Source of the DNA: an uncultured Clostridia bacterium
GTDB taxonomy: Bacteria; Bacillota; Clostridia; TANB77; CAG-465
DNA length: 55,683 nucleotides
Assembly: GCA_944388545.1 (NCBI GenBank)
Contig: CALXJE010000006.1
Span: forward strand, 1-55,683
Direction of reading: 5' to 3'
The notes beneath the pieces are model-generated. The model made no database searches, was not told where the DNA came from, and saw nothing but the letters and a program-made list of their open reading frames with translations. Below, one piece after another: positions 9,265 to 23,291 of the stretch. The translations under genes were made by a program, and so were the position numbers. The first letter of the stretch is position 1, and each line of letters starts with the position of its first letter.

Positions 9265-11221
9265 TTATAGAATATCAGCATTCAAGTCTTTAATTAAATC
9301 TCTTATCATCGCTGCCTTTTCAAACTCATAGTTTTTAGCATATTCAAACATTTCTTTTGTCAGCCTTTCTATCATTTCTTCAGTAGTTTCATTCTCTTTT
9401 GCTTCTATATCCACTTTCTCTTCTTCCGTAAATGTTACTTTAATACTATCTCTAATATTCTTCTTAATTGTTTTTGGTACAATACCATGCTCTTCATTAT
9501 ATTTTATTTGTATTTTTCTTCTTCTACTAGTTTCTTCAATAGCTTTTTCCATAGAAGGTGTAAGTTCGTCTGCATACATTATAACCTTCCCTTTGTCATT
9601 TCTTGCAGCTCTTCCTATGGTTTGAATTAAAGAACGTTCGCTTCTTAAAAAGCCCTCTTTATCTGCATCTAATATAGCAACAAGTGATACCTCAGGAATA
9701 TCTAATCCTTCTCTTAAAAGATTAATTCCAACTAAAACATCAAATGTTCCTTCTCTTAATCCCTTTATAATTTCTAGTCTTTCTAACGCTTTAATATCAG
9801 AATGCATATACCTTACCTTTATATCTTTATTTTCTAAATAACTTGTCAATTCTTCTGCCATTTTTTTAGTAAGCGTTGTTACTAATACTCTCTCTCCGTT
9901 TGCTACTGTTTCTTTTATATTATCTATTAAATCCTCTATTTGTCCATCTATAGGTTTTACTATTATTTTAGGATCTACTAATCCTGTTGGTCTAATTATC
10001 TGCTCAACTATTTGCTTACTCCTATTTTTTTCATACTCACCAGGAGTAGCACTAACATATATAATGTTCTTTGCTTTTTCTTCCCATTCTGAAAATTTAA
10101 GAGGTCTATTATCAAATGCAGATGGAAGTCTAAACCCATGCTCAACCAGAGATTCCTTTCTTGCTCTATCTCCATTATACATTGCACCTATTTGTGGAAT
10201 TGTAGCATGTGACTCATCAACTATTACTAAAAAGTCGTCTCCTAAATAATCAAATAATGTATATGGTGTACTTCCTTTTTCTCTATTACTCATGTATATT
10301 GAATAATTTTCTATTCCTTTACAAAATCCTGTCTCTTGAAGCATTTCAATATCAAAATTTACTCTCTGCTCTAATCTATATGCTTCTACTATTTTGTCTT
10401 GACTTCTTAATTCTTCTAGTCTAATTTCTAAATCTTTTTTTATTCTAGATATAGCATGATCTATATTTTCTTTTGATGTAACATAGTGAGATTTTGGATA
10501 TATTAATTCATGTTTTACTCTTGCAATTGATTTACTAGTAACAGGATGTATATATGATATTTTATCTATTTCATCTCCAAAAAATTCTATTCTCACAGCA
10601 TGATCGTCATTCCCTATTGGAAATACATCTACTATATCTCCTTTAACTCTAAATTTACCTCTTATAAATTCTACATCGTTCCTTTCATATTGCATTTCTA
10701 TTAATTTCTCTAATATTTCATCTCTACTTTTTTGCATTCCCTCTCTTATTGAAAGCGTTAAATTACTGTATTCATTAGGATCACCTAATGAATATATTGA
10801 CGATACACTAGCTATTATTATAACATCTTTTCTTTCAAATAAAGCTGCAGTGGCACTATGCCTAAGTTTATCTATCTCATCATTAATACTACTATCTTTT
10901 TCTATATAAGTATCTGTTGAAGCTATATATGCTTCTGGTTGATAGTAATCAAAATAAGAGATAAAATATTCCACTGCTGCATCTGGAAAAAACTCTTTAA
11001 ATTCACTATAAAGTTGCCCTGCAAGTGTCTTATTATGAGCCATTATAATAGTTGGTTTATTTACTTCTTTTATAACATTTGCCATAGTAAACGTTTTTCC
11101 GAGATCCTGTAACGCCTAACAATGTTTGTGCATTATACCCCTTATTTAATCCATCTACTAGCTTTTCTATAGCCTGAGGTTGATCTCCAGTCGGCTTAAA
11201 TTCTGATACTAATTTAAACAT
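9265..11221 (-). pseudogene. uvrB: Excinuclease ABC subunit B with a 1-nt insertion in the Walker A codons
   Basis: ATG 11221-11219 (RBS GGAGGA) encodes [40 protein letters not shown]. It then reads [14 protein letters not shown]-stop. Removing one base near 11101 restores [12 protein letters not shown] and joins the 606-aa track ORF (9265..11085). Total length 1957 nt = 3n+1. Confidence 0.85.
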
Positions 11222-11396
11222 TTTTCCTCCTTGCACTTTATCTCAATAAATTTTATTATCAATAATATTTATCTTCCGTTTTATGTAACACAAAATATAT
11301 TATATAGTATCATAAAAGCAAGTAATTATCAACTAACTACTTGCCTTTTAAAATTACAATTTTTCACGCATCACTTAAATTATTCTTTTTATATAA

Positions 11397-12020
11397 TTAT
11401 TTATCTTCTGAAAAAATAATAGAATCAATAATGAACTCTCCTACTGTTTGCCAATCATCCTGTAATTCTTTTGTTACATTAAAACTAACTATTCTTAATT
11501 TTTCTTTATCTGAAAAAATCATCATGTGATTGTATATATCAGTATCTATCGCATGTGAAATAAATTTAATTTCACCAATTTTATGTCCATCTTTTTCATG
11601 CACTTTAGTATCTATTATTTCTCCTACACTATCAAGCGTTTTTTCTAGTGTTGAAATATAACTATCTATATCATTGTTTGTAAAACTAATATCCGTTATA
11701 TTTGCTGCAATATTAATTGTGGTCTGATCATTAGTAAAAGCAAATGTTGGAGGATTTTGATTAGGGTATTTAATTTTTAGTGTTTCTTCGTCCATTAATT
11801 TAAAGCTTGTTGGTATTTTTAATAGAAAACTATCGTCAAATTTATTATATTCTGTTACTATCTTTTCTCCACTTTTAGTTGTTATTTCAAAAATATTCAT
11901 TTTTTCGTTTTCTTCTTTTAGTTTTTCAGTCTCTTTATTAAAGTAATATTGAACACCTAATAACACGGCCACTATTAGTATTACAACTATTGTAAATATA
12001 ATTTTTGTATTCTTTTTCAT
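11397..12020 (-). CDS. Hypothetical membrane-anchored protein
   Basis: 207 aa with an N-terminal signal-anchor (KIIFTIVVILIVAVLLGV). No recognised motif. Confidence 0.6.
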   Translation of the reverse strand: MKKNTKIIFTIVVILIVAVLLGVQYYFNKETEKLKEENEKMNIFEITTKSGEKIVTEYNKFDDSFLLKIPTSFKLMDEETLKIKYPNQNPPTFAFTNDQTTINIAANITDISFTNNDIDSYISTLEKTLDSVGEIIDTKVHEKDGHKIGEIKFISHAIDTDIYNHMMIFSDKEKLRIVSFNVTKELQDDWQTVGEFIIDSIIFSEDK

Positions 12021-12206
12021 AATACTCCCACTTCCTTAAATATCTCTAATCTGTTTACTCTCTTATTTATACCATAAATATTATAAAAATACTAGACTTT
12101 TAAATTACTATTATTAAAGTATTTTTTCATATATTTGTGTTACTATAAGCAAACAATATTAGTTTATTTAACATATATATAATTAATATTTTTAAATTGT
12201 AAATAA

Positions 12207-12235
12207 TTGACATTTTATCTTTTTTTCTATATAAT
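12207..12235 (+). promoter_or_regulatory. Sigma-A-type promoter
   Basis: TTGACA (12207-12212) - 17 nt - TATAAT (12230-12235), upstream of the 12298 ORF. Confidence 0.55.
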
Positions 12236-12297
12236 TTTTTCAATAGTTCTATATATGTATTTTAATAAATACTATTATAGTATGTGGGGAGATTTTT

Positions 12298-12900
12298 ATG
12301 GGATTTTTTTCATTTATGTTGTTTTTTTTAATTTTATTATTACTAATCATAATTATTGGGTCCATTCAGCAATTTACTATATGGGCAGTTACTAAAAAAA
12401 TGCACGAATTTATAGTGATGATTATACCTGCTTTACTTTCTATAGTTTCATTTTTAATAATAATTACAATTACTTATTTAACATTAAATCTATTTGATAT
12501 TAATAGTATAAAAATTGTATACTCAATATTTATGAAATGGGATTATAGTTTTAATAATTATATATATATGATTATTGGGTATATAATAGGAACTATTTTA
12601 TTTATATTATTACAAGCATTATGTTTAAAACTTGTATATATTAATTATAAAAAAATATATGATTTTATTAGAATTAAAATATTTAAAAAAGAAGAAATAA
12701 AAGCTTTAGATTGTTCTGAAGAAGATTTAAAAGATAAAGTATCAATAAATTTAAGTAGATCTATAGCTGTTCCTATAAAAAACAAATTAGCATTTTTTCA
12801 AGCTTTTTCTGCTAGTTTATTTACATTTTCTATATGTTTCTTTTCTATATTACTATTAATATATATCGGAACTTTAATTGGTAAGCATTATATATTATAA
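12298..12900 (+). CDS. Hypothetical polytopic membrane protein
   Basis: 200 aa with several long hydrophobic segments. Consensus promoter upstream and a hairpin terminator immediately downstream. Confidence 0.6.
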   Translation: MGFFSFMLFFLILLLLIIIIGSIQQFTIWAVTKKMHEFIVMIIPALLSIVSFLIIITITYLTLNLFDINSIKIVYSIFMKWDYSFNNYIYMIIGYIIGTILFILLQALCLKLVYINYKKIYDFIRIKIFKKEEIKALDCSEEDLKDKVSINLSRSIAVPIKNKLAFFQAFSASLFTFSICFFSILLLIYIGTLIGKHYIL

Positions 12901-12927
12901 AGGTCTCTTTATTAATTTAAGAGACCT
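12901..12927. terminator. Hairpin shared by convergent genes (membrane ORF / eno)
   Basis: AGGTCTC...GAGACCT stem (12901-12907 / 12921-12927), followed by a T-rich tract on the plus strand. Confidence 0.6.
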
Positions 12928-12947
12928 TTATATTTTTAATATTTTTA

Positions 12948-15837
<2,890 letters not shown>

Positions 15838-15858
15838 AATTTTTTTCTCCTATTCTTA

Positions 15859-16611
15859 TTATATAGCACTATTTACTATATCAATAAATTCTTCTTTTAA
15901 ACTAGCTCCTCCTACAAGAGCTCCATCTATATTTGGCATCATAAGTATTTCTCTAGCATTATTTGAATTTACACTACCCCCATATTGTATTCTGATACTA
16001 TCAGCAATCTCTTTATTATATAAACTACTTACCACATTTCTTATATAATTACACATTTCCTCTGCTTGTTCTGCAGTTGCTGTAATACCTGTACCTATTG
16101 CCCATATTGGTTCATATGCTATCACTATTGAAGATATATGTTTACTATTTATATTATTTAAAGCTTGTACAATTTGCTCTTTAACTATACTAAAATGAGT
16201 ATTACTTTCTCTTTGAGATATATTTTCACCTACGCAAACTACTGGAGTTATTTCATATTCTAGTAACTTTATAAGCTTTTTATTTACATCATAATCAGTT
16301 TCTTTAAAATATTGTCTTCTTTCACTATGTCCAATAATACAATAGTCTATGTCTATATCCTTTAACATTTCTGCGCTTATTTCTCCTGTATATGCACCTT
16401 TATCTTCAAAATACACATTTTGAGCCCCTACTTTTATATTACTACTACTTAGCTCCTCTTTCACACTATTTAAAGAAATATAACTAGGACATACAGCTAT
16501 ATCTACTTGTAATATATTTTCTAAATTTTTCTTTAATGCTTGTATAAAACTTATAGACTCAGAAAGAGTATTATTCATTTTCCAATTTCCAATAATTATT
16601 TTTTTCCTCAT
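15859..16611 (-). CDS. tpiA: Triosephosphate isomerase
   Basis: 250 aa. GNWKMN, IIGHSERR, AYEPIWAIGTG and GGASL motifs. Confidence 0.96.
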   Translation of the reverse strand: MRKKIIIGNWKMNNTLSESISFIQALKKNLENILQVDIAVCPSYISLNSVKEELSSSNIKVGAQNVYFEDKGAYTGEISAEMLKDIDIDYCIIGHSERRQYFKETDYDVNKKLIKLLEYEITPVVCVGENISQRESNTHFSIVKEQIVQALNNINSKHISSIVIAYEPIWAIGTGITATAEQAEEMCNYIRNVVSSLYNKEIADSIRIQYGGSVNSNNAREILMMPNIDGALVGGASLKEEFIDIVNSAI

Positions 16612-16625
16612 AGTTATCCTTCTTT

Positions 16626-17108
16626 CTAATCTAATATTATATGTGTTGCTGCATCTTCGTCATATGCCCATGATGGAATACTATTTTTATTTAAAAAAGT
16701 AAATTTAACTGTTCCTTTATTATCAACACTCCAAGTTCCAACCCAAAAAACAGGAACTTCGATATCTAACATATCCCAACTATTTTTTTTAAGTTCTTTA
16801 TTAATATCATCAATTCTTGCTTTCATAGTTTCTTCATCAACTACATCTTCTGTAAGTAAAGCCATAGATACAGCGTTTTGTACAGTTGAAGCATCATTTA
16901 AAAATTTTTCTTTATTTCCATCTTCTTCATATACTGCTTTAAGTTCATCTGCGTTTTTTTCTGATTTATATCTAGACTTAGTTACATCTGGAGAAAATTC
17001 ACCAGAATTTGGTACAAATATAATTAAAACTATTATAGCAATTAAAACAACTAAAATTATTATATTTCTAATTAAAACATTTAAATCCACTTTCTTTTTT
17101 GCACTCAT
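16626..17108 (-). CDS. Hypothetical membrane-anchored protein inserted between pgk and tpiA
   Basis: 160 aa with an N-terminal TM (IIILVVLIAIIVLIIFV). Tight spacing to both neighbours (17 and 14 nt) implies co-transcription. Confidence 0.6.
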   Translation of the reverse strand: MSAKKKVDLNVLIRNIIILVVLIAIIVLIIFVPNSGEFSPDVTKSRYKSEKNADELKAVYEEDGNKEKFLNDASTVQNAVSMALLTEDVVDEETMKARIDDINKELKKNSWDMLDIEVPVFWVGTWSVDNKGTVKFTFLNKNSIPSWAYDEDAATHIILD

Positions 17109-17125
17109 ATTATTCCCCTTTAATA

Positions 17126-18307
17126 TTACTTATCTTGCAATGCTACTATACCAGGAAGTTCTTTTCCTTCCATAAATTCTAGAGAGGCTCCTCCGCCTGT
17201 TGAAACATGGTTCATTTTATCTGCCAGTCCAAATTTTTCTACGGCAGCGGCACTATCTCCTCCACCTATAATACTTACTGCATTTGATTCTGCTAAAAAC
17301 TCAGCTATTTTTTTAGTTCCTTTTGCAAAATTATCAAATTCAAAAACTCCTACTGGACCATTCCATACAACTGTACCTGCATTTTTAATTATTTCTCTAC
17401 ATTTTTCTATTGTTTCTGGACCTATATCTACACCTTCATATTCATTTGGTATATTATTTGTGTCTACAATCATAGTATTTGCGTCATTAGAAAAATCATC
17501 TGCTACCACAGAATCAGTTGGTAAAACAAATTCTACATTTTTTTCTTTTGCTTTTTTTAATATTTCAATTGCAACATCCAATTTATCATCTTCACAAATT
17601 GATTTCCCAATATTTCCACCCAAAGCTTTAACGAAAGTATATGTCATTCCTCCGCCTATAATTACAGTGTCTACTTTATCTAATAATGCTGTTATCACAG
17701 CTATTTTACTAGATACTTTAGAACCTCCTAATATAGCTACAAAAGGTCTAATTGGATTATTTATACTTTTATCTAATGCATCTAATTCTTTTTGAATTAA
17801 AAATCCAGATACTGCTGGAAGGTATTTAGCTACACCATATGTTGATGCATGAGCTCTATGACATGTTCCAAACGCATCATTTACATATATATCCGCAAGA
17901 CTTGCTAAACTCTTTGCAAATTCCTCATCACATGCTTCTTCTTCAGGAAACATTCTAACATTTTCTAAAAGAACAACATCTCCATCTTTCATTTGATCTA
18001 TATATGCCTTTACATTATCTCCTATTATTTCTTCTAGAAGTTTTACATCCTTTTCTAATAAATCACTTAACCTTTCTGCTACTGGTTTTAATGATAGTTT
18101 TTCTTTAGTTTTACCTATATGAGAACATAATATAATCCTAGCATTATGATTTATAAGATAATTTATTGTTTTCATAGATTCTATTATTCTTTTATCATTA
18201 GTAATTTTACTTTTTGTTTCTATATCTAAAGGAACATTAAAGTCGCATCTTAAAAGTACTTTTTTCCCTTCAACATTTATATCTTCTACGCTTTTTTTAT
18301 TTAGCAT
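17126..18307 (-). CDS. pgk: Phosphoglycerate kinase
   Basis: 393 aa. [18 protein letters not shown] and [10 protein letters not shown] motifs. Confidence 0.96.
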   Translation of the reverse strand: MLNKKSVEDINVEGKKVLLRCDFNVPLDIETKSKITNDKRIIESMKTINYLINHNARIILCSHIGKTKEKLSLKPVAERLSDLLEKDVKLLEEIIGDNVKAYIDQMKDGDVVLLENVRMFPEEEACDEEFAKSLASLADIYVNDAFGTCHRAHASTYGVAKYLPAVSGFLIQKELDALDKSINNPIRPFVAILGGSKVSSKIAVITALLDKVDTVIIGGGMTYTFVKALGGNIGKSICEDDKLDVAIEILKKAKEKNVEFVLPTDSVVADDFSNDANTMIVDTNNIPNEYEGVDIGPETIEKCREIIKNAGTVVWNGPVGVFEFDNFAKGTKKIAEFLAESNAVSIIGGGDSAAAVEKFGLADKMNHVSTGGGASLEFMEGKELPGIVALQDK

Positions 18308-18375
18308 AAATAACCTCCTATTTAAATTAGTTTAGGCTCTAAAAATAATAAGAGCCTAAACAAAATAATTCAATA

Positions 18376-19386
<1,011 letters not shown>

Positions 19387-19413
19387 TCATTTACCTCCTA
19401 ATTTATATTTTTT

Positions 19414-19442
19414 ATTTTACATCACATATAGTAGTTTTGCAA
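19414..19442 (-). promoter_or_regulatory. Candidate sigma-A promoter of the glycolytic operon
   Basis: Minus strand reads TTGCAA - 17 nt - TAAAAT, about 30 nt upstream of the gap RBS (AGGAGG). Confidence 0.45.
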
Positions 19443-19485
19443 TATATTATGGATATTTTTTGGAAAAATTATGTATTACACATAT

Positions 19486-19513
19486 AAAAAGAGGCAGGAA
19501 TTTTAATTCCTGC
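19486..19513 (-). terminator. Rho-independent terminator of the SLH protein gene
   Basis: GCAGGAA / TTCCTGC stem (19494-19500 / 19507-19513), followed on the minus strand by a T-run. Confidence 0.65.
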
Positions 19514-19526
19514 ACTCATGAGATTT

Positions 19527-21227
19527 TTAAAAATCTTCGCCACTGTTAATGAAGATTATAACTTCATTAGACTCTGCAGATACATTGCCTGCTACGTCAG
19601 TAGCCACACCTGCATCGATGCAAAGTGCTAAAGAAGATACTTCAACACCCATCAGAGTAATTTCATAAGTATCATCAGATACTTTAGAAATTTTGTTAAT
19701 AGATGCACCACCTGTAAGACCTAAAAGGTCAGACTCAGTGATTTCAAAGTTTTCCAAGTTATCTTCATCAACTTTAACGGTAAGTGTAACTTTCTGACCA
19801 ACTGCTACATTATCAGCACCTGTAATTTCAACTACCGGAGCAGTTGTATCCTCAGGAACTTCGATAATATCTTCAGCTGTTACAGTTACATCAATAGTAG
19901 CAACCACGCCACTACCATCCTCTGCTGATACGGTTACTGTAGTATTACCTACGCCAACCGCTGTAATATTACCATTCTGATTTACCGTGGCAACTGCCGT
20001 ATTGTGAGATTCCCAAATGATGTCTTTGTTGCTCGCATTTGAAGGTGTTACAGTAGCTGTAATAGACTGGCTTTCACCAATTTCTAACTCAACTGCTGTA
20101 GGATTAACTTTGATAGAAGATACATAAACTGTATCATCAACATTGTTATCTTCTTCATCTGTAACAACAACTTTAATTCTTACTGTTTTCTTACTACCAT
20201 CAGTAGCAGAACCAACAATATATGTCTCACCAACTTTATTGCCTTCAACAACTACATAACCATAATTTCCAGAAGTGTAGTAATCAGAAATAAAAACTAT
20301 TCTTTCAGACTGAGCTTCCCAAGACAATGTCTTGTTGCTTGCATTTGAAGGATTAATTTTTACTCTTGTTTCTTTTTCTTCACCAACTTCTACATAGATT
20401 GTAGATTCTTCTGCTGTTAAAGATGTAATTTTTGTCCCTCTATAATAGTCTTCATCTTCTTCAACATTGAAATCAACATCCCAAGTATTTGTGCAACCAT
20501 AGGCTACATCATACTTCTGGAGTCCAAAGTTATCATCAACAAAAGTTGTGAGAACTTTAAACATCTGTGCATAAGTTACAAGACCTTCTGGATCAAACAT
20601 ATTATATCCAACACCATTCATCATACCTGCCGCTACAGTTTCGTTAATTGCTTGTTCTGCCCAATGACCTTGAATATCAGCAAATCTAGAATAACCATAG
20701 TTGCTATAACCATAGCTGATTTTACCAGTCAAATGAGCCAAACGATTAACAACTGCTGTAAACTCTGCTCTTGTTATACTCTGAGGAAGTCTTGCTGTAC
20801 CATCTTCATATCCACGAAGGATACCACGATTATACAGACCAGACGCCAAAGGCATACAACTATAATCCAAATGACCTAAGTCACTGAACATAGCATAACT
20901 TGCTGAAGAAAAGATGATGCCATCACGATCAAATTTGTTTTCAAGCATTCTTGCGATGCTAAAGAAAACATCTAACCGAGATACAGGGCTGTTAGGATTT
21001 ACGTAAAACTCTGCGCCATACTCATAAGCAATATCTTCAAGCCAATCAGGTACAGATTTCACACTGTTTGATGCATAAGGACGAAGTCCACTAAAATTGC
21101 CATTCCTGTAATTATAACCATAGTTATAATTACCCATTGCTGTAGGATCACCATTGTAAGCCGAAGCTACAACAGAACCCATAACGAGCGATATTACTAC
21201 CAACAACATTGCTACTAATTTTTTCAT
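19527..21227 (-). CDS. Secreted cell-wall protein with N-terminal SLH repeats and two Big_2 (bacterial Ig-like) domains
   Basis: 566 aa. Signal peptide MKKLVAMLLVVISLVMGSVVASA. SLH-like units (FSDLGHLDY...ITRAEFTAVVNRL; FADIQGHWAEQAINE...). Two Big_2-like units (...TPSNASNK.I.WES...). Confidence 0.8.
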   Translation of the reverse strand: MKKLVAMLLVVISLVMGSVVASAYNGDPTAMGNYNYGYNYRNGNFSGLRPYASNSVKSVPDWLEDIAYEYGAEFYVNPNSPVSRLDVFFSIARMLENKFDRDGIIFSSASYAMFSDLGHLDYSCMPLASGLYNRGILRGYEDGTARLPQSITRAEFTAVVNRLAHLTGKISYGYSNYGYSRFADIQGHWAEQAINETVAAGMMNGVGYNMFDPEGLVTYAQMFKVLTTFVDDNFGLQKYDVAYGCTNTWDVDFNVEEDEDYYRGTKITSLTAEESTIYVEVGEEKETRVKINPSNASNKTLSWEAQSERIVFISDYYTSGNYGYVVVEGNKVGETYIVGSATDGSKKTVRIKVVVTDEEDNNVDDTVYVSSIKVNPTAVELEIGESQSITATVTPSNASNKDIIWESHNTAVATVNQNGNITAVGVGNTTVTVSAEDGSGVVATIDVTVTAEDIIEVPEDTTAPVVEITGADNVAVGQKVTLTVKVDEDNLENFEITESDLLGLTGGASINKISKVSDDTYEITLMGVEVSSLALCIDAGVATDVAGNVSAESNEVIIFINSGEDF

Positions 21228-21407
21228 GATAAAATCTCCTTCCGCCTACGCTTTATGCGAGGACTTATTATTTTTTATAATTATATATATTAACAGGCCA
21301 TGCCCGAATTATTTTCTTGTTATATATTTATATAACATCTAATCTATTTAAGATATTACTATTATACCATATTTTTTTATTTTTTTCAAGTTTTTAAGAA
21401 ATAATTG

Positions 21408-21436
21408 TTGACTTTGAAAATATTGTCTGATATAAT
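21408..21436 (+). promoter_or_regulatory. Near-consensus sigma-A promoter
   Basis: TTGACT (21408-21413) - 17 nt - TATAAT (21431-21436), upstream of the ClpP-like ORF (RBS AGGAGG). Confidence 0.6.
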
Positions 21437-21493
21437 AATATAATTTTATTTACGGTATTAAAATAATTAATATTATGTAAAGGAGGCCAAATA

Positions 21494-21988
21494 ATGGATA
21501 ATTCCATAATTTTAAAAGGAAGTATCGATTCAAACATGTTATTTGATTTTAGAGAAAAATTAAGCTCTATAAACTCTATTATAACCGTTATAATTCATTC
21601 TACAGGAGGTGACTTAGACTGTGCATTTTCAATTTATGACTTAATAAAAGAATGTAAAGAAAATGTAACAACAATTATATTAGGTAAATGTTGTAGTGCT
21701 GCTTTAGTATTATTTCTTGCAGGAAATATAAGAAAAATGTATAAAAATTCTTTTGTCTTAATCCATGAACCATTTGTAACATTTCCAGATGACAAACCTT
21801 TTACATTATCTGATATAGTTTACGAATATGAAAGATTATACTGGAGAAAAGAAAAATTATTAAACCTCATTCAAGAAAGCACAAATATTTCAAAAGAGGA
21901 AATTACTAAAAAATTTTTCTCAGCCCCAAATACTATTCTCACCGCAGAAGACTGTATAAAATACAGCCTTGCAACTAATATTATTTAA
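21494..21988 (+). CDS. Short ClpP-fold (S14-like) serine protease homologue
   Basis: 164 aa. IHSTGGDLDCAFSIYDLI, GKCCSAALVLFLAG (Ser position) and VLIHEP (His position) align by eye to ClpP. Shorter than canonical ClpP at both ends. Confidence 0.65.
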   Translation: MDNSIILKGSIDSNMLFDFREKLSSINSIITVIIHSTGGDLDCAFSIYDLIKECKENVTTIILGKCCSAALVLFLAGNIRKMYKNSFVLIHEPFVTFPDDKPFTLSDIVYEYERLYWRKEKLLNLIQESTNISKEEITKKFFSAPNTILTAEDCIKYSLATNII

Positions 21989-21994
21989 AAAAAC

Positions 21995-22024
21995 TAGGCT
22001 ATGTAATTAATTTTACATAGCCTA
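21995..22024. terminator. Hairpin between convergent ClpP-like and nuclease genes
   Basis: 12-bp perfect stem TAGGCTATGTAA / TTACATAGCCTA with a 6-nt loop. Confidence 0.6.
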
Positions 22025-22027
22025 ATT

Positions 22028-22612
22028 TCACTTCCATAATCCAACTTTATTTTCTCTAGCTTTACTTTGTATTTCTTTAAAATCATCTACATATTTTACA
22101 TTTGGAGGATAAGTTGATATTTTAGCATATCCAAGTTCAAGCAATTCTTTATTATACATTTTTCCATCAATGTATACATAAGCAAGTATTCTTCCATATT
22201 TATCTCTCTCTTGCACATCTAATTCTAGCTTTACTACTTTCCCAGATAATCTACTCTTGCTATAATCTGATATTTTAAGTCCTTCTTCTGTGTTTTTTGA
22301 TTCGTTAGGATGAACACTTTCAGGAGTATCCACACCAATTAGTCTAACTTTCTCATTTGTTCCGTTATAATCAATTACAAAGGTATCTCCATCTACTACC
22401 CTTACTACTTTATACTCATGTAACTGTAAATCGTTTTCTTTATCATCACTATAATCTTTATTTTCTTTTATGTTATCACTATTTAAGCTTAAGTCTATAT
22501 CATAATTTTGTTTTATATATTTTATTATATTTTCATTTTGTGTACATATACCTATTATACAAACAATAATAATTAATGCAAAAATTATTATATTCTTCTT
22601 TTTTCTTTTCAT
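22028..22612 (-). CDS. nuc: Secreted/membrane-anchored thermonuclease (staphylococcal nuclease family)
   Basis: 194 aa. N-terminal hydrophobic anchor. VVRVVDGDTFVI...VRLIGVDTPES and ...GRILAYVY... SNase motifs. Confidence 0.85.
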   Translation of the reverse strand: MKRKKKNIIIFALIIIVCIIGICTQNENIIKYIKQNYDIDLSLNSDNIKENKDYSDDKENDLQLHEYKVVRVVDGDTFVIDYNGTNEKVRLIGVDTPESVHPNESKNTEEGLKISDYSKSRLSGKVVKLELDVQERDKYGRILAYVYIDGKMYNKELLELGYAKISTYPPNVKYVDDFKEIQSKARENKVGLWK

Positions 22613-22707
22613 ACTTAACCTCTTTAATTATTTCAAAAATTATTTATCTTTTATATTATTTTATAATATAAAAACTCCTAACCGTTAAAGTTAGAAGCTT
22701 TATTTGT

Positions 22708-22789
22708 TGCGGGTAAAAGGACTTGAACCTTCACACCGGTTGGTACCAGATTCTAAGTCTGGCGCGTCTGCCAATTCCGCCATACCCGC
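22708..22789 (-). tRNA. tRNA-Leu (anticodon UAG)
   Basis: Minus strand reads GCGGGTATGGCGGAATTGGCAGACGCGCCAGACTTAGAATCTGG...GGTTCAAGTCCTTTTACCCGCA. It folds as a cloverleaf with a long variable arm and anticodon loop CT-TAG-AA. No encoded CCA. Confidence 0.9.
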
Positions 22790-22801
22790 GATCGTGTTAA
22801 T

Positions 22802-22830
22802 ATGATAACATATGTTTTATAGTTTGTCAA
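22802..22830 (-). promoter_or_regulatory. Sigma-A promoter for tRNA-Leu
   Basis: Minus strand reads TTGACA - 17 nt - TATCAT, about 12 nt upstream of the tRNA 5' end. Confidence 0.5.
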
Positions 22831-22860
22831 TGTTATACATATATTTTTATAATAATTAAT

Positions 22861-23183
22861 AAGCATTTCATAAGCCGGGTTCTGTATTAGATGATCATTA
22901 ATCTTGAATATACATTACTGCATATTTCTTTGCCACCGATTTAAAAGACGCCAAGGCAACTTAATCTTTTATTCTGGTGTTGCACCTGATGGAGTTTACA
23001 CTAAAGGTATGTCACCATACCAGTAAGTGAGCTCTTACCTCACTTTTTCACCCTTACCATTTTCATGGCGGTTATTTTCTGTTGCACTTTTCTTGGAATC
23101 ACTTCCACTAGACGTTATCTAGCATCATGCCTTGTGGTGCCCGGACTTTCCTCACACATAGCGCGATCATCAGAAATACTTAT
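22861..23183 (-). ncRNA. rnpB: RNase P RNA (compact)
   Basis: The minus strand contains the universal P4 elements GAGGAAAGTCCGGGC (5') and ACAGAACCCGGCTTA (3'). P1 pairing AAGTATTTC / GAAATGCTT and P2 GATGATC / GATCATC bracket the molecule. Confidence 0.85.
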
Positions 23184-23189
23184 AATAGT

Positions 23190-23218
23190 ATTATAACATA
23201 TCTATTATTTTTTGTCTA
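23190..23218 (-). promoter_or_regulatory. Sigma-A promoter for rnpB
   Basis: Minus strand reads TAGACA - 17 nt - TATAAT, ending about 7 nt before the inferred P1 5' end. Confidence 0.5.
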
Positions 23219-23291
23219 TAAATAAAAGAAGCTTCCTTTAATATATTTTGTATGATACAAAACAAAAAAGAAACTTCTTTATACTAATAGT

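Noticed and set aside
8396-11396. LexA (Cheo-type GAAC-N4-GTTC) boxes upstream of uvrA and uvrB.
   Set aside because: I found no convincing match by eye in either upstream region. This cannot be excluded without a matrix scan.
19527-21227. The SLH/Big_2 surface protein gene looked G+C-richer than its surroundings, suggesting horizontal transfer. Spot counts: 25/60 and 22/60 G+C in the lines starting 19861 and 20701, versus 12/60 at 22441.
   Set aside because: Spot counts in the neighbouring glycolytic genes are similar (24/60 at 18901 in gap, 21/60 at 13081 in eno). The enrichment probably reflects a highly expressed gene and its amino-acid composition rather than foreign origin. Codon-usage and k-mer analysis would be needed.
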